From: an uncultured Piscirickettsiaceae bacterium
Lineage (GTDB): Bacteria; Pseudomonadota; Gammaproteobacteria; GCF-002020875
DNA length: 64,000 nt
Assembly: GCA_964415865.1 (NCBI GenBank)
Contig: CAYQBY010000005.1
Coordinates: 723 to 64,722, forward strand
Reading direction: 5' to 3'
In this document: piece by piece, positions 1-9,122 of the stretch
Numbering within the stretch: position 1 is the stretch's first letter
How the letters are laid out: every line of letters begins with the position of its first letter
Translations under genes and position numbers: made by a program
The notes under the pieces: generated by a model
The model's input: the letters and a program-made list of their open reading frames with translations, nothing else
Database searches by the model: none
What the model was told of the DNA's origin: nothing

Positions 1-302
1 ATGGGTTCAAATATTGTTTTCAGCGCCTCTTTCTCTTCAACGGCCATTCTGAAAGGGTGCCATGGATCGCTTAGTCCAATAAACTCCAGTGCCTTGGGGT
101 CAAGGTTGGCATTTTTGAATGGTAGTACATGTTGTTCATGGCTCTCCTGTATGGCTAGTTTTCCATCCTGATTGAAGTCAAGAATAACTGCCGAGATCTC
201 CAGTAGGGCATCTTTCTTTGCATCAAAGCCACCACACTCAACATCTACGACAACCGGAAGGAAACCACGAAATCTTTTTGCAATAGGAGTTTTATCACTC
301 AT
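1..302 (-). CDS. rnt: Ribonuclease T, N-terminal portion (gene continues beyond the window start)
   Basis: Minus-strand translation from the ATG at 302 gives MSDKTPIAKRFRGFLPVVVDVECGGFDAKKDALLEISAV..., a DEDDh exonuclease N-terminus very close to E. coli RNase T ([28 protein letters not shown]). There is no stop before the window edge, so the gene is 3'-truncated by the window. Not in the ORF track because it is an edge ORF. Confidence 0.6.
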   Translation of the reverse strand, partial: MSDKTPIAKRFRGFLPVVVDVECGGFDAKKDALLEISAVILDFNQDGKLAIQESHEQHVLPFKNANLDPKALEFIGLSDPWHPFRMAVEEKEALKTIFEP

Positions 303-1639
303 CCTCTGTCACCAAGATCTCGCATAAATACCTTGGAGTTCCTTTTGTAATTGTAGAGTGAGCGGCGTTTTATCGGTAGATCTGTCAGTTTTGCAATGCT
401 GTATCCTTGCTCCTGAAACCAGTGAGAGGCATGGGTTGAGAGGACAAAAAGCCGCTCTATTTTGTTCGCCATCCCCTTTCCTATCTGGCGATCAAGATAT
501 TTCAGCAACGCCTCTCCGCGCCCCTCATTCTGATATTCAGGATGTATGGCCAGGCTGGCAACCTCAGCAATCTTGTATGACTGGTCTGGATAGAGAGCAA
601 CAACACCAATAATTGTTCCGTCCCTCTCCATAACCGTATAGTGGTTAATATCAATTTCCAGCAGCTCACGCGAGCGTGGGACCAGAATCCCGTCTCTCTC
701 CAGCGGGGTAATAAGTTCGATGATTCCACCAATATCATCGATGGTGGCAGGGCGGATAGATTCATAGCGTTCGGAGGTAATCATGGTGCCGATACCATCT
801 CTGGTAAAGAGCTCCTGGAGAAGGGAGCCATCTCTCTTGCTGCTGATGATATGTGCGCGCGGCAACCTCTCTCTGCATGCCTTTATTGCAGCGAGGAGGC
901 CTCTTTTTGTCTGTGCCGGCAGTTTTCTTCTGGAGGAGAGTATGGTCTCAGCCTCGTCCGGAGTAAGCTGGCGAATCAGTTTTCTTTTCCCATCCAGCAG
1001 GCCAGGAGCATCAAGCAATAGGACCATTTTGTCGGCACCTATCTGTGTTGCTGCAGTGGTTGCAACCTCTTCACTGCTCAGGTTAAAGATCTCTCCGGTT
1101 GGGGAGGTGCCGATTGGAGAGAGCAGAACAATAAATCCATCATCCAGCAGGCTCTCAATTGCCGGTTTGTCAACACGTCTTACCTCGCCGGTATGTTGAT
1201 AATCTATTCCGTCAAGTACACCAAGTGGTCGTGCGGTTACAAAGTTGCCAGAGGCAATACGTATTTTTGCGCCTGACATGGGTGAGTTTGGCATGCTGTT
1301 GGAAAACTCCCCCTCCAGCTTGATGCGGAGACCACCAATAGCCTCTTTTACGCACTGGATGGCATCTTCGCTGGTGATCCTCAGCTCATTGATGATCTCG
1401 CTATCTATGTTGGCTGACGCAAGTTTTTCCTCAATCTGGGGGCGGGCACCGTGAACCAATACAAGACGCACTCCAAGACTATTTAGTAAAGCTATGTCAT
1501 GGATTAACTCACGGAATAGTTTGTCTTTTATCGCATTGCCACTAAAGGAAATGACAAAGGTCTTGCCACGATGTGCGTTAATATATGGGGCCGCACCTCG
1601 AAATAGAGAGATAAATGGTGATTTATTTTCGGTAGTCAC
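299..1639 (-). CDS. argA: Amino-acid N-acetyltransferase (N-acetylglutamate synthase): amino-acid-kinase domain plus C-terminal GNAT domain
   Basis: Long minus ORF. Start reassigned to the GTG at 1639 (VTTENKSPFISLFRGAAPYINAHRGKTFVI). This gives the same 17-residue lead before PYINxHRGKTFVI as E. coli ArgA, which also starts with GTG. The GNAT tail is HPEYQNEGRGEALL. Confidence 0.85.
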   Translation of the reverse strand: MTTENKSPFISLFRGAAPYINAHRGKTFVISFSGNAIKDKLFRELIHDIALLNSLGVRLVLVHGARPQIEEKLASANIDSEIINELRITSEDAIQCVKEAIGGLRIKLEGEFSNSMPNSPMSGAKIRIASGNFVTARPLGVLDGIDYQHTGEVRRVDKPAIESLLDDGFIVLLSPIGTSPTGEIFNLSSEEVATTAATQIGADKMVLLLDAPGLLDGKRKLIRQLTPDEAETILSSRRKLPAQTKRGLLAAIKACRERLPRAHIISSKRDGSLLQELFTRDGIGTMITSERYESIRPATIDDIGGIIELITPLERDGILVPRSRELLEIDINHYTVMERDGTIIGVVALYPDQSYKIAEVASLAIHPEYQNEGRGEALLKYLDRQIGKGMANKIERLFVLSTHASHWFQEQGYSIAKLTDLPIKRRSLYNYKRNSKVFMRDLGDRG

Positions 1640-1685
1640 GGAAGGATTATAGCAAATGGTCAATTATTCCACTCGGCTTCACACT

Positions 1686-2348
1686 ATGGAGCTTGGTCCA
1701 ATGGAAAATTTTATATATCTGATAGAGGAGTGTGACAGCTCTGCTGTCGCTGTAGTGGATCCTGCGTGGGAGGTTGACAAGATTCTGGATTATGTAGGGG
1801 AGAGAAGTTTGAATATTCAGACTATTCTGTTAACCCATGGACATAATGACCATATTAACGGGGTTGACGACTTACAGCAGAGTACAGGGGCCGAGGTTTT
1901 CATCAGCAGAGTGGAGGCGGAATTTTTCGGTTTGGAAGAGAGGGGATGGAGTATGTTTGAGGCTCCTCATCAGATATCTCTGGGGGAGACCGAGATTTTA
2001 GGGGTTGCAACCCCTGGACATACCCCCGGTAGTATTTGCTATTACGTTGATGGGAATTTGATAACTGGAGACACCATGTTTGTCTACGGTTGTGGTCGAT
2101 GTGATCTGGATGGAGGTGATCCAGTGGCAATGTTTCACTCTCTAAGAGGATTGCTGGAGCAGTTTGACCAGACAACCAGGGTATTCCCTGGGCATAATTA
2201 CTCTACGGAGAAGAGCTCGACTCTGCAGAGTGAACGAGACGGAAATCCATTTTTGAGGTTTGATGATGAGGAGTCGTTTGTTCACTACCGGATGGAGTTG
2301 CACGATCAGGTGCGTAGAGCTCCCTATGGGCCAGAGCACACATCATAA
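1686..2348 (+). CDS. MBL-fold metallo-hydrolase (glyoxalase II / hydroxyacylglutathione hydrolase-like)
   Basis: THGHNDH metal-binding motif and a beta-lactamase fold signature. The ORF-track start at 1656 would overlap the divergent argA start, so a downstream ATG (1686 or 1701) is more likely. Confidence 0.65.
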   Translation: MELGPMENFIYLIEECDSSAVAVVDPAWEVDKILDYVGERSLNIQTILLTHGHNDHINGVDDLQQSTGAEVFISRVEAEFFGLEERGWSMFEAPHQISLGETEILGVATPGHTPGSICYYVDGNLITGDTMFVYGCGRCDLDGGDPVAMFHSLRGLLEQFDQTTRVFPGHNYSTEKSSTLQSERDGNPFLRFDDEESFVHYRMELHDQVRRAPYGPEHTS

Positions 2349-2358
2349 GCGTGCTTGA

Positions 2359-3765
2359 TTACTTCATGATCATTTCAATGATCTTGTCGCCACGGTAGGC
2401 ACGCAGGATAACCATCTTTTTGGATAGCCCCCCAGCTTTTCGTGCATCACGAAGCCTGTGGATTGGCTGTCTGTTGATAGAAAAGACAACATCATCAGGG
2501 CGTAGCCCAAGTACCCATCCACTCTTGTTTGGATCCACTGAGTGAACTGCTAACCCGCCGGATGGATAATGGACTTTTTGTTGTGCAGATAGTGTGGAGA
2601 GGATAACTCCATCCATGTTTTTGTTCAGCTCTTCTCCTGCTATCTGCAGGCTTTCAGCCCTGCTTAAAGTCGCAAACAGATGACGGGAGTGGCCACTGCG
2701 TAGAATGGATAATCTCAGTTTTTTCCCTACCGGGAACAGTCCCAGAATATTATCCAATTGTGCAGGATTCTCAATATCGTGACCATTGACTGCAGTCAGT
2801 ATGTCCCCCCGCTGTATACGTGCCCGCTCTGCAGGAGATTTGGTTTCTACTGTAGCAACCAATACACCATGATCAAGTCGAAGAGTACGTGCCAAATTGG
2901 GAGATAGTTTTTTGGCGGTGATTCCCAGGTAACCTCGTTCAACAGTGCCGTGTTGTGCTAGTTGTGTAGTGATCTCACGGACCATGTTTACCGGTATGGC
3001 AAACCCAATACCGACACTGCCGCCGTTGGGGGCAAGGATTGCGGTGTTTATTCCGACTAACTCCCCCTTCAGGTTTATAAGTGCACCACCGGAATTGCCA
3101 ACATTGATTGAGGCATCTGTCTGGATAAACTCCTCAAACCTCTCAAGACCAAGATTGGATCGCCCAAGTGCGCTTACAATTCCTGATGTTGCCGTATTTC
3201 CAAGACCAAATGGATTGCCAATAGCAATTACAAAATCCCCAACCCGAAGCTCTTTTGAGTCTCCCAGAGGTATGGACTGCAGATCAGATGCATGAATTTG
3301 TAACAGGGCAATATCTGTCTCCTGGTCAGAGCCCTTCTGTGCTGCAGAAAAGCTGCGTCCATCATCCAGGATAACCTCAATCTCTTTGGCGTCCTTGATG
3401 AGGTGGTGGTTGGTTATTATGTACCCCTGTTGGTAATCAATGATTACCCCTGATCCCAGTCCCGAGCTATTTTTTTGTAGTGGATCACGAGGAATTGGTG
3501 GAGCAAAACTGAATTCACCAAGCGGGTTGATACTATTATCTGGTGTTTTTTTCTGTTTACCCGTTGCAGTATGTTGATCAGAATCAATGACTGAGATTGA
3601 GACAACTGCTGGAATTGCCTTCTCCAGCATGGGTGCCAATGTTGGGGTGCCGGTTAGTGCCCATGGTCCAGCTTCTGTCTGTGTTGGGATAGCTAGGGCC
3701 ATCACCAATAGAGGCAGGGAGACGGCAAATATTCTATACATGACTATGGTGCTGTTTGTGATCAT
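2359..3765 (-). CDS. Periplasmic serine endoprotease, DegP/DegQ/MucD (HtrA) family
   Basis: N-terminal signal peptide, trypsin-like catalytic motif GNSGGAL, and two C-terminal PDZ-like segments. Confidence 0.85.
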   Translation of the reverse strand: MITNSTIVMYRIFAVSLPLLVMALAIPTQTEAGPWALTGTPTLAPMLEKAIPAVVSISVIDSDQHTATGKQKKTPDNSINPLGEFSFAPPIPRDPLQKNSSGLGSGVIIDYQQGYIITNHHLIKDAKEIEVILDDGRSFSAAQKGSDQETDIALLQIHASDLQSIPLGDSKELRVGDFVIAIGNPFGLGNTATSGIVSALGRSNLGLERFEEFIQTDASINVGNSGGALINLKGELVGINTAILAPNGGSVGIGFAIPVNMVREITTQLAQHGTVERGYLGITAKKLSPNLARTLRLDHGVLVATVETKSPAERARIQRGDILTAVNGHDIENPAQLDNILGLFPVGKKLRLSILRSGHSRHLFATLSRAESLQIAGEELNKNMDGVILSTLSAQQKVHYPSGGLAVHSVDPNKSGWVLGLRPDDVVFSINRQPIHRLRDARKAGGLSKKMVILRAYRGDKIIEMIMK

Positions 3766-3783
3766 TGGGGAGCGATATTACCA

Positions 3784-4704
3784 TTACAGCTCTTCTGAGC
3801 GGGGATTGAAATTGCTCTTCTCTTTTAGCCTGTTGTAGATGTCCTCGATCTCCTGACTCTTGGCAGAAGGTGTCTGAATCTGCAGAGTGATAAGCTGATC
3901 GCCTGGAGGCGTGCCCGGTAGCCCCCGCCCCTTCAGGCGCATCTTCTGCCCGCTCTGAGCTCCAGCCCCTATCTTTAATCCTACATTGCCACCAAGTGTT
4001 GGTACCGTGATCTTTTCACCAAGTGCGGCTTCCCATGGTGCGATAGCTAGGTTCATCAGGATATCACTGCCACTGGCACGAAAGTTCAGATCCTGTTGGA
4101 ACTGCACCTGCAACAATAGATCTCCACGAGGTCCACCAGAGCGGCTAATCTGACCCTGCTTGCCAAGCCGGATCTTTTGCCCCTCCTGAATTCCTTTTGG
4201 AATACGAATCTCCAACTTTCTCCGTTCAGAGGTGATCTCTCCATTGGGAGCAATCTCCGGGATCTGAATGGTGCGACGAGAACCATTGTATGACTCTTCC
4301 AGGCGGATGGAGATCCGCATAGTCTGGTCAGCACCAGGCTGGTTTCTGACTGGTCCACCAGCCCCCACGCCTCCTCCAAAAACTGATCCAAAGAAGTCGC
4401 TGAATCCACCGGCACCCCCAAAATTTGCCCCTCCACCATGGAAGGCGTCCTCCCAGCCTGGAGGGGGACGAAACTCCTCGCCAGCCTTCCAGTTGGCGCC
4501 CAATTGGTCATAGGATTGTCTTTTTTCAGGATCCTTGAGCACCTCATATGCCTCAGCCACCTCCTTGAATCGTTGCTCAGCATCCCCCTCTTTGCTGACA
4601 TCAGGATGGTACTTGCGTGCAAGGCGGCGATACTGTTTCTTTATCTCATCCTGAGATGCATCCCTAGCAACCCCAAGGGTCTCGTAGTAATCGTGATATT
4701 CCAT
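3784..4704 (-). CDS. cbpA: Curved-DNA-binding protein CbpA (DnaJ homologue lacking the zinc-finger domain)
   Basis: J-domain YYETLGV...HPD at the N-terminus, a Gly/Phe-rich linker, DnaJ C-terminal domains, no CxxCxGxG repeats, and 306 aa as in CbpA. Confidence 0.8.
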   Translation of the reverse strand: MEYHDYYETLGVARDASQDEIKKQYRRLARKYHPDVSKEGDAEQRFKEVAEAYEVLKDPEKRQSYDQLGANWKAGEEFRPPPGWEDAFHGGGANFGGAGGFSDFFGSVFGGGVGAGGPVRNQPGADQTMRISIRLEESYNGSRRTIQIPEIAPNGEITSERRKLEIRIPKGIQEGQKIRLGKQGQISRSGGPRGDLLLQVQFQQDLNFRASGSDILMNLAIAPWEAALGEKITVPTLGGNVGLKIGAGAQSGQKMRLKGRGLPGTPPGDQLITLQIQTPSAKSQEIEDIYNRLKEKSNFNPRSEEL

Positions 4705-4849
4705 GTTGTTATTGACAGCTCATGCTATGGGTGGCTTTAGGTTTCCAAGTGTGGGATAAAATTCAATCCATTTTACTGTTTTATTGGTATGGCAAGAGGC
4801 TATAGGTGGAATATAGTTGTGGATAACTCTGTTAACAAAATGTTTGTAG

Positions 4850-4865
4850 ACACTATATGTAGTGT
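4850..4865. promoter_or_regulatory. NrdR-box-like palindrome (ACACTATATGTAGTGT) upstream of nrdJ
   Basis: A 16-bp near-perfect palindrome matching the NrdR box consensus acaCwAtATaTwGtgt, in the long AT-rich nrdJ leader. Confidence 0.45.
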
Positions 4866-5024
4866 TTTTAGAAAAAAGTAATATTTTCTATCTGTATGAA
4901 AAAAAAGGAGTTTTGTCTAGAAGAGTATAGTGAAATAGTATATATAACAACAAGTTATATATTTATAGCGATTATTATGCATGCCTTGACAAGGTTTTGA
5001 TTACTGGTAAGCTCATTTTTCCAA

Positions 5025-5040
5025 ACACAATATGTTGTGT
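5025..5040. promoter_or_regulatory. Second NrdR-box-like palindrome (ACACAATATGTTGTGT), just downstream of a TTGACA -35-like hexamer
   Basis: A 16-bp palindrome with one mismatch between the half-sites. The TTGACA at 4985-4990 is followed by a weak -10. Confidence 0.45.
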
Positions 5041-5108
5041 TTTTACTGCACAACTTCAATAACACGGTATTGTGCCTTAGTTCGCCAAAAGGGGGGAGAA
5101 CTTTAAAA

Positions 5109-7295
5109 ATGATGAAAACAGCTCAATTGCGGCCAGTGCCAGCCGACCCAGCGCATGATGAAGTGGTGGCAAAGTCCACCGGTTCGGTGCCATTTCAGCC
5201 AGCATCTCTGGATATATGGGATACCAAATATCGTCTGAAGAGCAAGGATGGAGAAATTATCGATGAGACTATTGAGGATACCTATCAACGCGTAGCCCGT
5301 GCCTTGGCAGATGTAGAAGAGAGCTCAGAGCTAAAGGGTAAGTGGTATGAAGAGTTTGTATGGGCGCTGCGTAATGGCGCAATTCCTGCCGGACGCATTA
5401 CCTCAAACGCCGGGGCGCAGGAGCATAAGCCAGCCACATCTACTATTAACTGTACAGTTTCTGGAGTTGTAGAGGACTCCATGAATGGAATTTTGGAGAA
5501 GGTGCATGAGGCTGGCCTGACTTTACGTGCAGGCTGTGGTATCGGCTATGAATTCTCTACATTGAGACCAAAAGGGGCCTTTGTCGCTGGTGCCGGTGCC
5601 TATACCTCAGGCCCTCTGTCGTTTATGGATATCTATGACAAGATGTGTTTTACCGTCTCTTCAGCTGGTGGGCGTCGTGGTGCACAGATGGCAACCTTTG
5701 ATGTTGGCCATCCTGATGTGATGGATTTTGTGCGTGCCAAGCGAGAAGATGGTTGTCTACGCCAGTTTAACCTCTCTTTATTGGTTACCAGGGAGTTCAT
5801 GGAGGCGGTGCGTAGTGACGATGACTGGAAACTGGCTTTCCCTGTCAGTGAGAAGGTAATAGCAGGGGAGATGCTGGATACAAATAATCCTGAACAGATT
5901 GTATGGCGGGATTGGTCAGACAGTAAGGGGTATGTAACCAATGATGAAGGTAAGGTTGCTTGCAAGGTCTACCAGAAACTTCGTGCCCAGAGATTGTGGG
6001 ATGTCATTATGTCCTCAACCTACGATTATGCTGAACCAGGTTTTATTCTGATCGACAAGGTCAATGAGATGAACAATAACTGGTTCTGCGAGAATATCCG
6101 TGCCACCAACCCGTGCGGAGAGCAGCCACTTCCTCCATATGGATCATGTCTGCTGGGGTCAATAAACCTGACCAAGTTTGTGGAAAATCCATTCACCGAG
6201 GATGCACGGTTTGACTGGGAGAGTTACCGTAAGGTTGTCTCTACGTTTACCCGCATGTTGGACAATGTGGTGGAGATTAATGGCCTGCCACTTGGGAAAC
6301 AGCGTGACGAGATTATGACCAAGCGTCGTCACGGTATGGGTTATCTTGGACTAGGCTCAACCATGACTATGCTGGGCATGGAGTATGGTAATGACGCCTC
6401 ACTTAAATTTACCGAACAGGTTACCCGTGAACTTGCAGTAACAGGCTGGAGAACAGGGGTAGAGCTTGCCAAGGAGAAGGGGGCAGCTCCGGCTCTGGAG
6501 CAGGAGTATGAGGTTACCTCATCCATGTTGCGAATTCGTCCAGAGATGGCAAAGGATGGATGGAGCATTGGGGATACTATTCAAGGCAAAATTTTGCATG
6601 CCAAGTATAGCCGGTACATGCAGCAGATGGCTAAGGTTGAGCCAGAGATGATGGCAGAGATGGTAGAGGTCGGAAGTCGTTTTACCCACCATAGCTCTAT
6701 TGCACCTACTGGAACCATCTCACTCTCTTTGGCCAATAATGCCAGTAATGGTATTGAGCCAAGTTTTGCCCACCACTACTCAAGAAATATCATTCGTGAG
6801 GGCAAGAAGAGTAAAGAGAAGGTGGATGTCTACTCATACGAGCTGTTGGCCTACAGAGAGCTTGTTAACAAGGATGCTATGCCTTATGCAGAGGAGAAGA
6901 AGAACGCACTGCCGGACTACTTTATCTCCTCAGAGACCATCAATCCAAAAGCACATGTGGATGTGCAGGCAGAGGCACAGCGCTGGATCGACTCCAGCAT
7001 CTCCAAGACAGTTAATATCCCGACTGATTTTGATTACGAGGAGTTCAAGGATGTATACCTATATGCCTATGAGAAGGGGCTGAAGGGGTGTACTACCTTC
7101 CGTTTCAACCCGGAGGCATTCCAGGGGGTATTGGTGAAGGAGCAGGATCTGGAGAATACTACATATCGCTTCAAGACAGAGGATGGTTCCACTATTGAGG
7201 TCAAGGGGAATGAGGAGGTTGAGTATGATGGTGAGATGCACTCCGCAGCGAATCTCTATGATGCACTAAAAGAGGGGTACTACGGCAAGTTCTGA
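5109..7295 (+). CDS. nrdJ: Adenosylcobalamin-dependent (class II) ribonucleotide reductase, large catalytic chain NrdJa
   Basis: Class II RNR motifs, including NPCGEQPL around the catalytic cysteine. Start placed at the ATG at 5109 (MMKTAQL) behind a purine-rich RBS (aggggggaga). The ORF-track GTG at 5037 lies inside an NrdR box. Confidence 0.85.
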   Translation: MMKTAQLRPVPADPAHDEVVAKSTGSVPFQPASLDIWDTKYRLKSKDGEIIDETIEDTYQRVARALADVEESSELKGKWYEEFVWALRNGAIPAGRITSNAGAQEHKPATSTINCTVSGVVEDSMNGILEKVHEAGLTLRAGCGIGYEFSTLRPKGAFVAGAGAYTSGPLSFMDIYDKMCFTVSSAGGRRGAQMATFDVGHPDVMDFVRAKREDGCLRQFNLSLLVTREFMEAVRSDDDWKLAFPVSEKVIAGEMLDTNNPEQIVWRDWSDSKGYVTNDEGKVACKVYQKLRAQRLWDVIMSSTYDYAEPGFILIDKVNEMNNNWFCENIRATNPCGEQPLPPYGSCLLGSINLTKFVENPFTEDARFDWESYRKVVSTFTRMLDNVVEINGLPLGKQRDEIMTKRRHGMGYLGLGSTMTMLGMEYGNDASLKFTEQVTRELAVTGWRTGVELAKEKGAAPALEQEYEVTSSMLRIRPEMAKDGWSIGDTIQGKILHAKYSRYMQQMAKVEPEMMAEMVEVGSRFTHHSSIAPTGTISLSLANNASNGIEPSFAHHYSRNIIREGKKSKEKVDVYSYELLAYRELVNKDAMPYAEEKKNALPDYFISSETINPKAHVDVQAEAQRWIDSSISKTVNIPTDFDYEEFKDVYLYAYEKGLKGCTTFRFNPEAFQGVLVKEQDLENTTYRFKTEDGSTIEVKGNEEVEYDGEMHSAANLYDALKEGYYGKF

Positions 7296-7317
7296 GAACT
7301 TTCTGGGGAATAGAAAA

Positions 7318-8046
7318 ATGACAGTAAAGATTGAAAATAAAATTGTAAGCTATCAGGTGGTTGAGGATGTTGCAGAGGGTGCTCCTGTAGAGGCAGCAGC
7401 AGATGCTACAGAGGATAAAAGCAATGTCATCCAGATGCACGAGAAGCTGGAACGCCCTGACCATCTTTTGGGTTCAACCTACAAGATCAAGACCCCGCTA
7501 TCGGAGCATGCTCTATATGTAACGGTTAATGACATGCTACTTAATGAGGGGACAGACCATGAGCAACGTCGCCCCTTTGAGGTCTTTATCAACTCCAAGA
7601 ACATGGATCACTTTCAGTGGATTGTTGCACTCACCAGAATTATCTCTGCAGTATTCCGTAAGGGTGGGGATGTAACCTTTCTGGTTGAAGAGTTGCGTTC
7701 AGTATTTGATCCACGTGGAGGATATTTCAAGAAGGGTGGAAAATATATGCCCTCTCTGGTGGCTGAGATTGGTGACTGTATCGAGTGTCACCTCAAGTTT
7801 ATCGGGATGATTGGTGGTGACTGTATGGAAGATCATCAAAAGGAGTTCCTGGCAAAGAAGAGGGCAGAATTTGAAAACCAGGGTAAGAGTGATGTGGATA
7901 CAGCAGAAAAGATAAATACAGCAAATAGTGAGACCACAAGTTTTCCTGCAGGTGCCCAGTTATGTGCAAAGTGCAGTACCAAGGCAGTAATCAAGATGGA
8001 TGGCTGCATGACCTGTCTCAATTGTGGTGAAAGCAAGTGTGGGTAG
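7318..8046 (+). CDS. nrdJ: Class II RNR C-terminal chain NrdJb (separate polypeptide with a Cys-rich tail)
   Basis: Begins 22 bp after the nrdJa stop. The C-terminal tail CAKCSTKAVIKMDGCMTCLNCGESKCG is the thiol/zinc-ribbon tail of class II RNRs. The split nrdJa/nrdJb layout is known from Pseudomonas. Confidence 0.7.
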   Translation: MTVKIENKIVSYQVVEDVAEGAPVEAAADATEDKSNVIQMHEKLERPDHLLGSTYKIKTPLSEHALYVTVNDMLLNEGTDHEQRRPFEVFINSKNMDHFQWIVALTRIISAVFRKGGDVTFLVEELRSVFDPRGGYFKKGGKYMPSLVAEIGDCIECHLKFIGMIGGDCMEDHQKEFLAKKRAEFENQGKSDVDTAEKINTANSETTSFPAGAQLCAKCSTKAVIKMDGCMTCLNCGESKCG

Positions 8047-8196
8047 TATGAATAGATAGTTTTCCTCCACTTACCCGGCCGCTCGATATCGGGCCCGAGT
8101 TACACAATTTCGTAACTTGGTTGAAAATGGATTTTCAGGCTGGGTATTTTTTAAGTAGAGGGGAATTTTACCAAGAGGCAAAGCAAGGGAAGCAAG

Positions 8197-8877
8197 ATGA
8201 AACAGAGAGTAATACAGAGAGTATGGATGATGATCCTCGGTGCAGTGATGGTGATACCGGCGGCTGAAGCTGGTGATTACTACAACCGTTATGGATACCG
8301 TTCGCCATATAAGGCACCGGTTCCAATGCGTCGTTATCAGCCAATTCGCAAGGCAACACCAGATCAGCTGTTGCGGCAGGGGGTGGAGCAGACTTTCTCC
8401 TATCTTCGTCGAACCGGCAGTACAGATCTCTCCAATGTACTGGACTTCGTCAACAAGGAACTAGGCCCATATTTTGATTTTGAGCATATGACCAGACTGG
8501 CAACTGGCAAGATGTCCAAGGATATGAGTGCTGAGCAGATCAAGAAGCTCTCAAGCAAGCTTAAAGAGATGTTTATGACAGCCCTTGGGCAACAGATTGC
8601 AACCTATGCATATACAAATCACCGAGTTACCTTCTATCCTGCAAAGCGCTCCCGCTTCGGTAAAGAGGTGAGTGTTGCAGCCAGAATCACCCATCCAAGA
8701 GGGTTCCCGGTAAAAATTACATTCCGTTTTCACCCAACCAAAAAAGGGTGGAAGATCTATGATGTATCGGCAAATAATAACAGTGCTGTGATGTATTACA
8801 GAAAGCAGTTGGCGATGATTGCCCAGCGTTATGGAATGGATGCCCTCTTAAAGAAAACTGAAGACAAGGAGTCATAA
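8197..8877 (+). CDS. MlaC/Ttg2D-family periplasmic lipid-binding protein
   Basis: Signal peptide (MMILGAVMVIPAAEA). The pattern of conserved residues matches E. coli MlaC (LxPYFDF...LGxxY..., WKIYDV). No mlaBDEF genes are nearby. Confidence 0.5.
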   Translation: MKQRVIQRVWMMILGAVMVIPAAEAGDYYNRYGYRSPYKAPVPMRRYQPIRKATPDQLLRQGVEQTFSYLRRTGSTDLSNVLDFVNKELGPYFDFEHMTRLATGKMSKDMSAEQIKKLSSKLKEMFMTALGQQIATYAYTNHRVTFYPAKRSRFGKEVSVAARITHPRGFPVKITFRFHPTKKGWKIYDVSANNNSAVMYYRKQLAMIAQRYGMDALLKKTEDKES

Positions 8878-8880
8878 GCT

Positions 8881-9009
8881 ATGAATGGAACAGTGATATT
8901 TGTGGTTTTTAGTGTGGTTGCAGTAATGGGAGTGTTTGCACTGCACTGCCGTACCTACTCAAGAAATACCTGCAAGACTGTATTTGGTGGAGTGTTCAGC
9001 AAGAAGTAG
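8881..9009 (+). CDS. Hypothetical 42-aa small hydrophobic/basic protein
   Basis: ATG 3 bp after the upstream stop. Encodes MNGTVIFVVFSVVAVMGVFALHCRTYSRNTCKTVFGGVFSKK (one transmembrane helix plus a basic, Cys-containing tail), followed by a strong terminator. Too short to call with confidence. Confidence 0.2.
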   Translation: MNGTVIFVVFSVVAVMGVFALHCRTYSRNTCKTVFGGVFSKK

Positions 9010-9052
9010 TTGTGGGCTGCAATATCAAAGGATATAACACAGCAGATATAAT

Positions 9053-9098
9053 AAAAAAACCGGAGCCAGTTCTAGAGACTGGTTCCGGTTTTTTTTGT
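9053..9098. terminator. Bidirectional rho-independent terminator
   Basis: A-run, stem ccggagccagt / actggttccgg, then T8. It sits between convergent genes (MlaC-like on + and pyrE on -). Confidence 0.7.
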
Positions 9099-9122
9099 TG
9101 AGTTTTCCTGTGTGGAGATTAC

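Noticed and set aside
3766-3783. cbpA without a downstream cbpM and only 18 bp from degQ
   Set aside because: cbpM is not universally present. The close spacing is compatible with simple co-transcription, with nothing to suggest a novel function.
4086-4622. 178-aa minus-strand ORF inside cbpA (alternative frame), with similar nested ORFs inside argA, aceE, lpd and others
   Set aside because: They are fully embedded in strongly supported genes, have no independent RBS or similarity to known families, and are typical out-of-frame or antisense open frames.
4705-5108. Possible cobalamin riboswitch in the long nrdJ leader
   Set aside because: No B12-box-like conserved core or GC-rich multi-stem structure is visible. 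The leader is AT-rich and better explained by NrdR boxes and a promoter.
8068-8098. GC-rich palindromic-looking stretch cccggccgctcgatatcgggcccg after nrdJb (resembles a polylinker with EagI/EcoRV/ApaI-like sites)
   Set aside because: The arms do not pair into a stable stem on inspection and there is no T-run, so it cannot be called a terminator. A single occurrence is not evidence of a vector remnant.
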